Source: Gemmatimonas sp. (lineage in GTDB: Bacteria; Gemmatimonadota; Gemmatimonadetes; Gemmatimonadales; Gemmatimonadaceae). From it: 64,000 nucleotides of DNA. A program made the translations under genes and the position numbers. A model generated the notes under the pieces. The model was not told the DNA's origin. It saw only the letters and a program-made list of their open reading frames with translations, and searched no databases. The stretch lies in assembly GCA_031414535.1 (NCBI GenBank), contig JANNVQ010000054.1, forward strand, positions 1-64,000, written 5' to 3'. Of this stretch, positions 48,400 through 57,835 are shown in pieces (position 1 is the stretch's first letter; every line of letters starts with the position of its first letter).

Positions 48400-50103
48400 C
48401 TACTGCCTGCAGCGCGCCATCGGGTCCGGCTTGGGCACGCTTAGACGCGGCCGATTCGCCCGATTGCCCAATTCCGTGGCCACATCGAATACCAAGTTCG
48501 CGACACGCCCCATCTTCTCGTAATCGATGTACTGCGGTTCATCCGTGACTTGATGGTAGTCCGGGTGCAGTCCGGTGTGAAAAAATGTCACGGGCACGCC
48601 ATAGCGCGCATACATCGCGTGATCTGAGCGGCAGTAAATGTTCTCAGGATGTCCATCGGCATCGAAGGCGTAGTCAAAGCGGAACGGCATCGGCTGCTTC
48701 GCGTTGATGGCCTCCACCACATCGCCAAGCTCGCGTGAGAGCCGGCGTGATCCCACAAGTTGGATGTAGCGCGGACCGCCGCCGGCGATGTCCTGCGCGC
48801 CACCGCGGCCCACCATGTCAAGGTTGAGCTGTGCGACAATCGAGTCTATCGGCACGGTGGGCTCGCGTGAGTACAGCTCCGCGCCCAGCAAGCCGATTTC
48901 TTCTGCGACGTGCCACACAAAGAGCACGGAGCGCTTGGGCTTGGTGCTGGACGTTGCGAACGCCTCCGCAATCTCGAGCAGCGTGACCGTGCCCGACCCA
49001 TCATCATCGGCGCCATTCTTGATTGAATCCGTGCGAGCTGGCCGGAGCGCGCGCAGGGAATCCATGTTGACCCGCACCGCAGCCAGCTGGGCGGGCGTCG
49101 GGCGCCGCGCGCCAGTTTCACGCGCGATGCGGTCGCGGGCCTGGTTGAACGCGCGCAGCGAGTCGTGGTCGAGGCCGCGCGCGAGCAAGGGATCGTGATC
49201 TGTGTGCGCCCCCAGCGCAACGTATTGTCCACGAAGCGCGGGGTCGCTGCCCGGCAGCACCGCCACAACGTTGCGCGCAGGAGCACGCGATACGTCATAG
49301 CGAAGACTCATCGTAGCCTCGCTTCCCGCTTGGGCGAGCAAGGCCTCAATCATCGCACGAGATGCGATCAAGGTCGGAGGGAGCACGGGGCCACTGAGTT
49401 CCAGCCCCTGCGCAAGCGTTGCCGCCGAGAGCTGCGCGCGCGCCGGTGCGGCGAGTTGTTCCCACGCGGGCACCACCACGGCAGCGGCTTCGGCAAAGCG
49501 AGTGCCCCGCCCCACCGCGAGAAAGCGCTGATCAAGTTGTAGAAGTCGGTCATTCGGACGGAGCACAACGATCTTGCCGCGCGCTTCATCCGCCGTAATC
49601 CACGTGGACGAGTCACCGTGGGTCCCGCCAATGACGATGGAGGCACGGTCGGTGGGGCGCGGCTGAGCACCGCGCGCTAACATCGGGGCGAAGTCCGTGC
49701 CTATCGCAAAGCTGCGTCCGGCAAGCGTCACCGAGGAGCCCGCTGCAAAACCGCGCAGCGACATCGGAAGCTCTTGGAAGTAGCTGCCGTTGACGCCTGC
49801 GGGTCGTAGACCAAGGCGCCTTGCCTCATCCGCGATGTACTGGGTGACCTTGAGATGTCCCTCAGAGCCTGTGGGCCGCCCCCCCATCGAGTCGTCGGCG
49901 ATCCTGTAGAGCCGCGTCATCAGGTCTGGTACGGAAATGGGGCCGCTGGTTGGACTCGGCGGCAGTTTTAGTGGTAAGGCATTCCCCTGCGCCAACAGGC
50001 CTAGGGGCAGAAATGACAACGCCACCAGCGCAATGCGCGGGCTAGCGAGGCGGGTTCTCGGCACTTCATTCTCCGGGTGGGGGCCCGACAACTTCGTGTT
50101 CAA
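48400..50103 (-). CDS. M28 family metallopeptidase, secreted
   Basis: GAHTDH, NGADDDGSG, AEEIGLLG, LNLDM, RSDH, DYHQVTDE. Start may be GTG at 50064. Confidence 0.9.
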   Translation of the reverse strand: MNTKLSGPHPENEVPRTRLASPRIALVALSFLPLGLLAQGNALPLKLPPSPTSGPISVPDLMTRLYRIADDSMGGRPTGSEGHLKVTQYIADEARRLGLRPAGVNGSYFQELPMSLRGFAAGSSVTLAGRSFAIGTDFAPMLARGAQPRPTDRASIVIGGTHGDSSTWITADEARGKIVVLRPNDRLLQLDQRFLAVGRGTRFAEAAAVVVPAWEQLAAPARAQLSAATLAQGLELSGPVLPPTLIASRAMIEALLAQAGSEATMSLRYDVSRAPARNVVAVLPGSDPALRGQYVALGAHTDHDPLLARGLDHDSLRAFNQARDRIARETGARRPTPAQLAAVRVNMDSLRALRPARTDSIKNGADDDGSGTVTLLEIAEAFATSSTKPKRSVLFVWHVAEEIGLLGAELYSREPTVPIDSIVAQLNLDMVGRGGAQDIAGGGPRYIQLVGSRRLSRELGDVVEAINAKQPMPFRFDYAFDADGHPENIYCRSDHAMYARYGVPVTFFHTGLHPDYHQVTDEPQYIDYEKMGRVANLVFDVATELGNRANRPRLSVPKPDPMARCRQ

Positions 50104-50181
50104 TATTAACGTGGCAGGCTCTTGGTACGTTTATGGGGTAGTGAGAGCAATGGTCTCTCGGTTTCTCTCTTGGAGGCAGTG

Positions 50182-50586
50182 ATGCGGAAAATGCGTGCAG
50201 TAATGGTTCTGGCGGCAGTGATGACTTCAGCAGTGGCGGCGCCGCTTTCGGCGCAGAGCCAGGGCGGCGGACGACAGGGTGGAATGGGCGACCCAGCCGC
50301 GATGCAGGCACGTCAGAACGAGCGCCTGTTTGAGGGCATCACGCTGTCTGCTGAGCAGAAGACACAGGTTGATTCGATACAAACGGCGGCACGCGCATCG
50401 CAGCAGGCCGCAATGCAGGCGGGCGGCATGCGTGATCCAGAAGCACGTCAGCGCATGATGGCGCAGCGCCAAGCTACGATGGCGGCGGTTCGCGCGGTGC
50501 TCACGGCAGAGCAACAGACGAAGTTCGACAGCAACGTGGCCAACATGCCGGCGATGGGTGCCGGTGGGCGCCCACCGCGGCGCTAG
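50182..50586 (+). CDS. Spy/CpxP-like (LTxxQ) periplasmic protein
   Basis: GGAGG RBS, signal peptide, LSAEQ and LTAEQ motifs. Confidence 0.75.
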   Translation: MRKMRAVMVLAAVMTSAVAAPLSAQSQGGGRQGGMGDPAAMQARQNERLFEGITLSAEQKTQVDSIQTAARASQQAAMQAGGMRDPEARQRMMAQRQATMAAVRAVLTAEQQTKFDSNVANMPAMGAGGRPPRR

Positions 50587-51161
50587 GGCCGCGGGTCGCT
50601 CCGTAGTATAGAGTGCAGTTCCAGATCACGAGGGACGCCGTCGCGCCAGACCACTTGGCGCAGGCGTCCCTCGTACTGCATCCCCAGATGACTCATCACA
50701 GCGCCCGAGGCCGGATTCTCCACGTAATGATGCGCGTCCATCCGATGTAAGCCGAGCACATCAAACGCATACGCGAGCGCGGCACGCGAAGCTTCCGTGG
50801 CGATGCCTTTGCCCCACTCGGCCCTCGCCACCCAGTAGGCGAGCTCGCCGCGGTGATGTACCCGATTGAGGGAGAAACCCACGCCACCGACGAGTCGCCC
50901 GTCACCGCGCAAAGTCACGGCCCACGCAATCCCAGTGCCGCTTTCGTGCCGAACTGCCTGTTCGGCTATGAACTCTGCGGCGCGTTCCGACGGGTAGGGA
51001 TGCGGCACATTGAGCGTACCTTCCGCGACGTCCTTGATGCTGAGTTCGCGAACCACATCCCCCGCATCACGCAAGGCGTAGGGGCGCAGCATCAGCCGCC
51101 GCGTCTCAAGGACGGGCTGGGGCGGAAGCGGGGGAAGATGCGGGGCGGAATTAGGGTGCAC
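50583..51161 (-). CDS. GNAT N-acetyltransferase (RimJ/RimL type)
   Basis: LETRRLMLRP, GELAYW, WGKGIATEA, NPASGAV. Start uncertain. Confidence 0.85.
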   Translation of the reverse strand: MHPNSAPHLPPLPPQPVLETRRLMLRPYALRDAGDVVRELSIKDVAEGTLNVPHPYPSERAAEFIAEQAVRHESGTGIAWAVTLRGDGRLVGGVGFSLNRVHHRGELAYWVARAEWGKGIATEASRAALAYAFDVLGLHRMDAHHYVENPASGAVMSHLGMQYEGRLRQVVWRDGVPRDLELHSILRSDPRP

Positions 51162-51265
51162 GGCGTGATGTACGAGGGTGTCTGACAAGTATGCGCAATT
51201 CACGGATACAAGACGACTCTCGACGTGCACTTTCGGTGGCTGGCGTGGGGGGCCAGATTGGTGGG

Positions 51266-51988
51266 ATGACCGCCCCCGTGGATGTCCTCGCCATTGCCGC
51301 GCACCGCGACGATGTAGAACTGACCTGCGGCGGGGCTCTGATCAAGCACGGGTGGCGAGGCCACCGCACCGCCATCATTGACCTCACCGCCGGCGAGATG
51401 GGTACGCGGGGATCCGCCGAGCTGCGCGGAAAGGAAGCCGCCGCCGCCGCCGACGTGATGGGTGTGGCCGTGCGAGAGAACCTCGGACTTCCCGATGCGG
51501 GCATCGTCAACACGCCGGACACGAGAACCTTGCTTGCGAAGCGCATCCGCGAGCTCAAGCCGCGCGTGGTGATTGCACCGGCGCCGCGTGGCCGGCATCC
51601 CGACCATCGCGTGGCTGCCCAACTCATTCGCGATGCCTGCTTCTTGGCTGGTCTGACCAAACTCGATGCCGCCAGCGCCCCGCATCGCCCGCTGAAGGTG
51701 TTGCACGCCATCACGTACCGCGAGGATCACGTAAAGCCGACCTTCGTGATGGACATCTCGGCGGAGTTCGAGACCAAGCTCGATGCCATCAAGTGCTATG
51801 GCTCGCAGTTTGACGGTGCCAGCTGGGCCGGTGAGGTGTACCCTAACGGAGAGCCGCTTTACGATTTAGTGCGGCATCAAGCGGCACACTACGGCTCACT
51901 CATTCGCTGCCGATACGGCGAACCTTTCTTCACCTTCGAAACAATGCGCGCGGACGATCTTCTCGCGCTTGAGGTCTCCACATTTTGA
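51266..51988 (+). CDS. bshB1: PIG-L family deacetylase, BshB1-like
   Basis: AHRDDVELTCGG, DLTAGEMGTRGS, RHPDH, YGEPF. Confidence 0.8.
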   Translation: MTAPVDVLAIAAHRDDVELTCGGALIKHGWRGHRTAIIDLTAGEMGTRGSAELRGKEAAAAADVMGVAVRENLGLPDAGIVNTPDTRTLLAKRIRELKPRVVIAPAPRGRHPDHRVAAQLIRDACFLAGLTKLDAASAPHRPLKVLHAITYREDHVKPTFVMDISAEFETKLDAIKCYGSQFDGASWAGEVYPNGEPLYDLVRHQAAHYGSLIRCRYGEPFFTFETMRADDLLALEVSTF

Positions 51989-52728
51989 GCGCATCCGAGA
52001 TTTCGTACCCAACATATCTTGAGCTCGAAACGCTACTCAAGTTGCAGAAACCACAAAGTACGCCCGAGCATCCCGATGAACTGATCTTCATCGTTGTGCA
52101 TCAGGCGAGTGAGCTTTGGTTCAAGGTGCTCCTCCATGAGTTCGATCAACTCATCGCGCGGCTCGAAGAGTTTGACCCCGTCGGTTCGCTGACGTCCATG
52201 CAGCGCATCAACACGCTAGTGGAATTGGTGTCGCACGAGCTGAGCGCGCTCGATACCCTGCCTCCGCAACGCTTCGCGCAGTTTCGCGGCTACCTTGGTA
52301 GCTCCAGCGGATCACAGAGTGCCCAGTTCCGTGCCATCGAAGCCACCAGCGGTTTGCGGGAAGCACATTTCATGGCCGCGCTCAAAGAGCACGGCGACAT
52401 CCCTGCCGTGGTCCAGCGCGCGTTAGCGCGGCCCACCTTGCAGGAGCTCTACCTCAAGATGCTGGAGCAACACGGCATCACGCTTGACGAGGTGTACACG
52501 GATACCAAGCACGCCATGCTACACATGCTCGCCGAGTCATTCTTGGCGTACGAGCAGGGGTTTGGCCGCTGGCGATTTCTACACGTGCAAATGGTGGAGC
52601 GCATCATCGGTCCGGATACCGGCGGCACGGGCGGCACGTTGGGTTCGAAGTACCTCATGAAGACCATGGGGCAGCGCTTTTTTCCGGCGCTCTGGGCCGT
52701 GCGTGCGCGGCTGTACGGACGCGGGTAA
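51985..52728 (+). CDS. kynA: Tryptophan 2,3-dioxygenase family protein
   Basis: Y..YL.L..LL..Q, HPDELIFIVVHQASELWFK, SSGSQSAQFR, VERIIG...GTGG. Confidence 0.85.
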   Translation: MSASEISYPTYLELETLLKLQKPQSTPEHPDELIFIVVHQASELWFKVLLHEFDQLIARLEEFDPVGSLTSMQRINTLVELVSHELSALDTLPPQRFAQFRGYLGSSSGSQSAQFRAIEATSGLREAHFMAALKEHGDIPAVVQRALARPTLQELYLKMLEQHGITLDEVYTDTKHAMLHMLAESFLAYEQGFGRWRFLHVQMVERIIGPDTGGTGGTLGSKYLMKTMGQRFFPALWAVRARLYGRG

Positions 52729-52731
52729 GAC

Positions 52732-53382
52732 GTGAGCGCGTCGGAGCCACTGGACCCCGCTTCACTGATTGACATCTCCATTCCATTTAGCGAGCGCACG
52801 CCGCCCTGGCCCGGTGATACGCCGTGGAGTTGTGGTTGGGCGTGGAGCATGGCCGATGGTGCGAGCGTGAATGTGTCCAAGTGGGTGACAAGTCCACACG
52901 TGGGGACGCATGCGGATGCGCCGCTGCACGTGATGCGTGACGGATTGGGTGCTGACGCGCTACCACTCGCGCCTTTTGTTGGGCCAGCTCTCGTTGTCGA
53001 CGTGCGCGGTGTGCGCGGTGCGATTTCGTTGGCGCAGCTCAAAACCGGCGGATGGAAGCCTGGCACGGCGCGCCTGCTACTCCACACGGGGCAGACGACT
53101 GCAGGCGGAGTATTCCCCGCAGCCTGGCCCGCGCTCGCCGACGACACCGCTGCGGCGCTCGTGGCAGAGGGTCTCATCCTGCTTGGTGTTGACGCACCCA
53201 GCGTAGACGAGCGCGAAAGCAAGACGCTCAGTGTGCACAACGTTCTATTTGGCGCACGCTGTTACCTGCTCGAGAATCTCGATTTGCGCGAGGTCGAGCG
53301 TGGCGAGTACCAGCTCCTTGCTCCGCCGCTCAAGGTTGGCGGTGGGGACGCGGCGCCGGTACGGGCGTTCCTCCGGCGCTGA
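52732..53382 (+). CDS. kynB: Kynurenine formamidase (cyclase family)
   Basis: PPWPGD, HVGTHADAPLH, GVDAPSVD, LENLDL; adjacent to kynA. Confidence 0.82.
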   Translation: MSASEPLDPASLIDISIPFSERTPPWPGDTPWSCGWAWSMADGASVNVSKWVTSPHVGTHADAPLHVMRDGLGADALPLAPFVGPALVVDVRGVRGAISLAQLKTGGWKPGTARLLLHTGQTTAGGVFPAAWPALADDTAAALVAEGLILLGVDAPSVDERESKTLSVHNVLFGARCYLLENLDLREVERGEYQLLAPPLKVGGGDAAPVRAFLRR

Positions 53383-53401
53383 GGCAGTCGCGTTAAAAGC
53401 G

Positions 53402-53920
53402 TTAGCGGGTCGGCAAGCGCAGCCCATCGAGAAAAAACGCGGCCAGCTCGGCCCGGCCGCCCAAGCCGCTCTTGGTGTACACCTCCACCGCGTGCTGGCG
53501 CACCGTCCGTTCACTGCGCCCGGTTACGGCCGCGATTTGCTTATGGCCCAGTCCTTTAAGAATGTGGACTGCCACCTCGCGCTCGGTCGGCGTCAACATC
53601 CAGGCCGTGAACTGCTCGTCAATCGCATGCCCGAGGCCCAGCAGCGACACCTCCGCCTTGGCTTTCCACTCCGCGGCTGCGGCATGTTGCACCGCCAATT
53701 CAGCGCGGGTGTCCTCCAAATCGTCCGCGGAGCGCCGCCAACCGAGAGAGAGGTAGATGGCGGCGCCCAAGCTGAGGGAGACGAGGCTGAGCTCCAGCAG
53801 CACGTGAGCGCTTAACCAAGTATCCGGAGAGTCCAAAACAAGATCCGTGACCCCCATTCCCGCAAACGCGATGAGAATGAGAATCACTACGGGTCCGGCA
53901 ACTGTCTCTTTCGGCCTCAT
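53402..53920 (-). CDS. Membrane-anchored LuxR-type HTH regulator
   Basis: Two TM segments, coiled coil, LTPTEREVA..ILKGL..KQIA...SERTVRQH...VY.K. Confidence 0.85.
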   Translation of the reverse strand: MRPKETVAGPVVILILIAFAGMGVTDLVLDSPDTWLSAHVLLELSLVSLSLGAAIYLSLGWRRSADDLEDTRAELAVQHAAAAEWKAKAEVSLLGLGHAIDEQFTAWMLTPTEREVAVHILKGLGHKQIAAVTGRSERTVRQHAVEVYTKSGLGGRAELAAFFLDGLRLPTR

Positions 53921-53921
53921 G

Positions 53922-53935
53922 CCGACAAATGTCGG
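53922..53935. promoter_or_regulatory. Palindromic candidate operator CCGACA-AA-TGTCGG
   Basis: Perfect 6-2-6 palindrome 1 bp from the LuxR start codon in the divergent intergenic region. Confidence 0.55.
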
Positions 53936-54019
53936 ATAGCCCGCAGGCCGAGGAAAGGGCAACCTGCATCCAGCCGAAGGCACCGGGCCGTCGATTTGCA
54001 CCCTGACGTCGGAGACTTT

Positions 54020-54544
54020 ATGCAGAATCTGCTCACAGGCATTAGCTCACTCCCCCTGCACCCGCTGGTGGTGCACTTCCCGGTGGTGTTCGCCGTGCTG
54101 GCCCCCGCTTTTGCCTTCGGGGCTCTGGTCGCCATCAAGCGCGGCACTCGCCCGCTTGTGGCATGGGGTATGACCGCCGTCCTCGTCGCAGCCCTTAGCG
54201 GCAGTAGCTTTCTCGCCCTCGAGACGGGCGAGGATCAGGAAGAAGCTGTCGAAAACATCGTTCCAGGCTCGGCACTCGACACCCACGAGGACGCGGCGAA
54301 CCGGTTCTTCAGCTTCTCGCTGGTGCTCGTGGGCATCACGGCAGCGGGCTTCCTGCCGCGCCGCGCGGGGACGGCCGCACGCCTCGTCGCTACGGCTGGC
54401 ACGCTGGTGATGGTCGTGGCTGGCTACCAGGTGGGCCACAGCGGCGGTTCATTGGTGTACGAACACAACGCAGCCTCTGCGTACACCAGAGCCTCGGACG
54501 GCAGAAACACGGTGACCGCGGCTCCCGAAGACGACGTAAACTGA
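54020..54544 (+). CDS. DUF2231-like membrane protein
   Basis: GGAG RBS, LHPLVVHFP, ETGE, H-E, GHSGGSLVY. Confidence 0.75.
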   Translation: MQNLLTGISSLPLHPLVVHFPVVFAVLAPAFAFGALVAIKRGTRPLVAWGMTAVLVAALSGSSFLALETGEDQEEAVENIVPGSALDTHEDAANRFFSFSLVLVGITAAGFLPRRAGTAARLVATAGTLVMVVAGYQVGHSGGSLVYEHNAASAYTRASDGRNTVTAAPEDDVN

Positions 54545-54555
54545 GGATATTGAGG

Positions 54556-54581
54556 GGCGCGCCACGGCAATGTGGCGCGCC
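54556..54581 (+). terminator. Hairpin downstream of the DUF2231 gene
   Basis: GGCGCGCCAC-GGCAAT-GTGGCGCGCC. Confidence 0.55.
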
Positions 54582-54631
54582 TAGATCTTCTCTATTCAGG
54601 ACGCGTTATGCTGGCACGAAATGGTGGAGTA

Positions 54632-55714
54632 ATGTGGCGGCCCTTGATGGTGATTGCAGCGATGGCTCTGGGAGCCTGCGAATCGAGTGCGTCGAGTGCC
54701 GAGCTGCCCGGCGGGCGCGTGCGTCGCCTCGAAGCAGGTGACTCGCTCCCAAACCTCGCGCGCCCCGCCGGATTCGCAGGCACCCTGCCCTGCGATGGCT
54801 GCGAGGGCGTTGAAGCCTGGCTCGTACTGAATCCCGACGGCTCGTATCGTCTGCGCGAGCGCAAGCTCGAGGGCAATGCCACGGCCTCCGTATCGCTCGG
54901 CCGCTGGCACATCAGTCGCGACACGGTTCCGGTTGTCTCATTGTTCGCGAGCGACTCCACCCCGCGCCGCCTCGCCCTCACCGGAGCGCTCACGCTGCGC
55001 GCACTGGCGGCAGACGGCTCGGCAATCGAAAGCGAGTCGCCCCTCGAGCTCGTACGCGTCTCGATGCCCAGCGACTTGAACGCACCGGCAAGATTTCGCG
55101 GTGAGTTTCGCTACCTCGCCGACGCCGCCACGCTCGTCTCGTGCAACGGTGGGATCCAGTTCCCCGTGGTCGGGGACTCCGCTTTCCTCAGTCTTCAGCG
55201 CGCGCATCGCGAGCAACTCCTGGGTACGGGAGCGGCCATTCTCGTGGATGTGGTAGGGCGCCTGCAGATGCGTCCGGGCACGGAGACGGGCGACACACTC
55301 GAAACCTTGGTAGTGGAGTCATTCACCGTCGTCGAGCGTAAGCAGGCCTGCAATGCGACTGCCGTGCACGCGGTCGCAGCGATTGGTGACTGGAATCTCA
55401 GTGCACTCGATGGAGTGAAGCTCCCGGAACTCACACGCGAACGTCAGCCCACGCTGCGGTTTGTGCTCAGCGAGCCCTCGATGGCCGGCAACGCTGGTTG
55501 CAACCGCTTCACGGGCCGCGCGATACTCCGCGGTTTGACGCTCGTGCCGCAACCGGTGGGCCTCACAAAAATGATGTGCGATGGCGCGGACGTGATGCAA
55601 CGGGAGTCCCGCTATGCGCAGGTGCTCAGTGCGGGCGGCTGGTTCCGCCTCGAAGCCGGCGACCTCGTGCTCTCGCGCGGCGGCACGGATGTGGCGAGGT
55701 TCTACCGCAGGTAG
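54632..55714 (+). CDS. NlpE-N + META (HslJ) domain lipoprotein
   Basis: Lipobox LGAC, FAGTLPCDGC, GEFRYLADAA...C, GNAGCNRF. Confidence 0.8.
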   Translation: MWRPLMVIAAMALGACESSASSAELPGGRVRRLEAGDSLPNLARPAGFAGTLPCDGCEGVEAWLVLNPDGSYRLRERKLEGNATASVSLGRWHISRDTVPVVSLFASDSTPRRLALTGALTLRALAADGSAIESESPLELVRVSMPSDLNAPARFRGEFRYLADAATLVSCNGGIQFPVVGDSAFLSLQRAHREQLLGTGAAILVDVVGRLQMRPGTETGDTLETLVVESFTVVERKQACNATAVHAVAAIGDWNLSALDGVKLPELTRERQPTLRFVLSEPSMAGNAGCNRFTGRAILRGLTLVPQPVGLTKMMCDGADVMQRESRYAQVLSAGGWFRLEAGDLVLSRGGTDVARFYRR

Positions 55715-55732
55715 TTCCCACTCGGAGGCAGG

Positions 55733-56278
55733 ATGCAGAGCAAGGCTAAGACCGTCGCGGAGTATCTAAAGTCCATTCCAGCGGAGCGGCGCGACTCCAT
55801 GGAGCGCGTCATGGCCGTCGTGCGCGCCAACGCCGACCCTTTGCTCGTGGAAGGGATGCAGTACGGCATGATTGGCTGGTACGTACCGCACGCGGTCTTT
55901 GGGCCAGGCTACCACTGCGACCCCAAACAGGCCCTGCCCTACGCCTGCCTCGCCTCGCAGAAGAATCACATGTCGCTGTACCTGATGACGGCATACGCCG
56001 AGGGTAGCAAAGGCGAAGTGTGGCTGAAGCACGCGTGGCCGAAGACCGCGAAGAAGCTCGATATGGGAAAGAGCTGCATTCGCTTCAAGCACGCGGACGA
56101 CTTAGCGCTTGATGTCGTGGGCGAAGCGATTCGCCGAGTGTCGGTGGCGGATCATCTCGCGTGGTACGCGGAGCTAGATCCGCGGAACCGGAAGAAGCCG
56201 GCGACAAAGAAGGCCGCCGCGAAGAAGCCCGCCGCTAAGAAGGCCACCGCGAAGAAACCCGCCGCGAAGAAGAAGTAG
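55733..56278 (+). CDS. DUF1801 family protein with Lys/Ala-rich tail
   Basis: MQSKAKTVAEY, YGMIG, LASQKNHMSLY, DMGKSCIRFK; KKPAA repeats. Confidence 0.85.
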   Translation: MQSKAKTVAEYLKSIPAERRDSMERVMAVVRANADPLLVEGMQYGMIGWYVPHAVFGPGYHCDPKQALPYACLASQKNHMSLYLMTAYAEGSKGEVWLKHAWPKTAKKLDMGKSCIRFKHADDLALDVVGEAIRRVSVADHLAWYAELDPRNRKKPATKKAAAKKPAAKKATAKKPAAKKK

Positions 56279-56287
56279 CGGGTCTCG

Positions 56288-56878
56288 CTACACGCCGAGC
56301 TGTTCGAGATCCGGCACGCAGGGCACGGACTTCCCCTTGATCTTTGGTGGCGCGAGCAGCTTCGCGTGATGCCGTGTGTGCGCGTTCAGCAGTACGAGCG
56401 TTTGATACGCATTGAGCGCACCGAGGTACGCGTGCGTCAATCGCACACTGGGGCTGCGCTCCGTCGCGTCACGCAACGCCGCAAGCATTGCCGTAGCGGC
56501 CGCTTGGACGCGCGCCGTCAACGCGTCGCGTGTGGCGCCGTGCGCCGCTGCCATATCTGGCCGCACTTCGCGGGGAGCAGGTACGCCCTTGGGGAAGCGA
56601 CCGGTGAGCCTCATCAGCGGAAGCATGACCACGCGGCTTAGCCAGCTGACGAGCGCCGAACGGCGCAACTGCATACCCGGACCACCCCGTAGCGCATCGA
56701 CGCCAAGCAAATAACTCTGCTCGATGTGAAGCACCATCTGGGCGGGCGACCACCGGCCATCACCCAAGGGCGCGCGCCACTTCTCGTCGGGCACGAGGGA
56801 CGCGGCCACGAGAAACGCCGCCACGCTTTCCGCGTGCTCGCGCTCCGCATCAATCCACTTTGATGAGCGTCGTTGCAT
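56288..56878 (-). CDS. DinB-like family protein
   Basis: WSPAQMVLH, HAYLG, HTRHH. Confidence 0.75.
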   Translation of the reverse strand: MQRRSSKWIDAEREHAESVAAFLVAASLVPDEKWRAPLGDGRWSPAQMVLHIEQSYLLGVDALRGGPGMQLRRSALVSWLSRVVMLPLMRLTGRFPKGVPAPREVRPDMAAAHGATRDALTARVQAAATAMLAALRDATERSPSVRLTHAYLGALNAYQTLVLLNAHTRHHAKLLAPPKIKGKSVPCVPDLEQLGV

Positions 56879-56952
56879 AGGACGTGAACACCTCAGAATG
56901 CGACTGCGTTCCGCTCCACCACTCAATACGTCACGGCGTCGTGACCCGGAAG

Positions 56953-57657
56953 TTAGGCGTCCGGACCTTGCGGAGCGACCTCAAACCGAAAGAGCTGTTC
57001 GGCGAGCTGACGCACCGGCCGCTGCCCCACCTTGGCGGGACGGAATCGCATTCCCGGCATCGCCTCGCGCACGGCGCGGTCAAACTCCGGAGCCGTCGCT
57101 TCTACGGTCATCACACTGGCCATATCCACACGACCCGTGGAGTCCACCACGAAACGCACAATCACGTAGCCCTCGACGCCTCGGGTCTCCAGTGCCGCGG
57201 GATACACCGGCGCCGCAGACGAAGGATCGCGTTCAGCGGCCGAATCCACTTCCACTATTTGATAGGCGTTCGCGAGCAGCGCGTTCATAGCGGCAATTTC
57301 CGCGTCGGCGTCCATCGCCGAGCCTGTGGCGACAGCTCCGGTTTGCACCGCGGCGCTTCGCTTACCGGCGCGACGCTCGCCGAAGTCTCCGGGCTTGTCG
57401 CCGAGGCTGGTGCCGCCGTCACCGACCTGGGCCGCATAACCCGCAACCTTCTGCGACGGTGCAGGGCTGGTCACTGGAGGGACGAGGAAGCGCAGGCCTT
57501 CGGGGAGCTCGCCGAAGGCCTCCCAGGCCACCGTCCCCACCGCAGAACCCACGACGATGGCGCCAATGATTAATCCGTGGGCGCCTGCGCTGACAAGCGC
57601 GGCCAGAGGCTCCGGGCGCGCCGTTTGAGTTGAAAGCAGCTTGAGTCGACGAGACAT
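56953..57657 (-). CDS. Energy transducer TonB
   Basis: N-terminal TM with S..AH, PVYP...GVEGYV..RFVVD..G, FRPAK. Confidence 0.85.
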   Translation of the reverse strand: MSRRLKLLSTQTARPEPLAALVSAGAHGLIIGAIVVGSAVGTVAWEAFGELPEGLRFLVPPVTSPAPSQKVAGYAAQVGDGGTSLGDKPGDFGERRAGKRSAAVQTGAVATGSAMDADAEIAAMNALLANAYQIVEVDSAAERDPSSAAPVYPAALETRGVEGYVIVRFVVDSTGRVDMASVMTVEATAPEFDRAVREAMPGMRFRPAKVGQRPVRQLAEQLFRFEVAPQGPDA

Positions 57658-57835
57658 CGTGTTCCCCCGAGGGCAGCGTACCGCCTCTCCTTACAAGAAT
57701 ACTACCCTACGAGGGCGAACCGAGCGCAACTGGGGATAGACCGCCCCTCAGGTGGCCCGGACGCCCACTCACCGCTCGCGAGCGGCTCGTCCCACCGAGC
57801 GCGACAGGTCACACGCTCGGTGGCAAGCTTGGACC

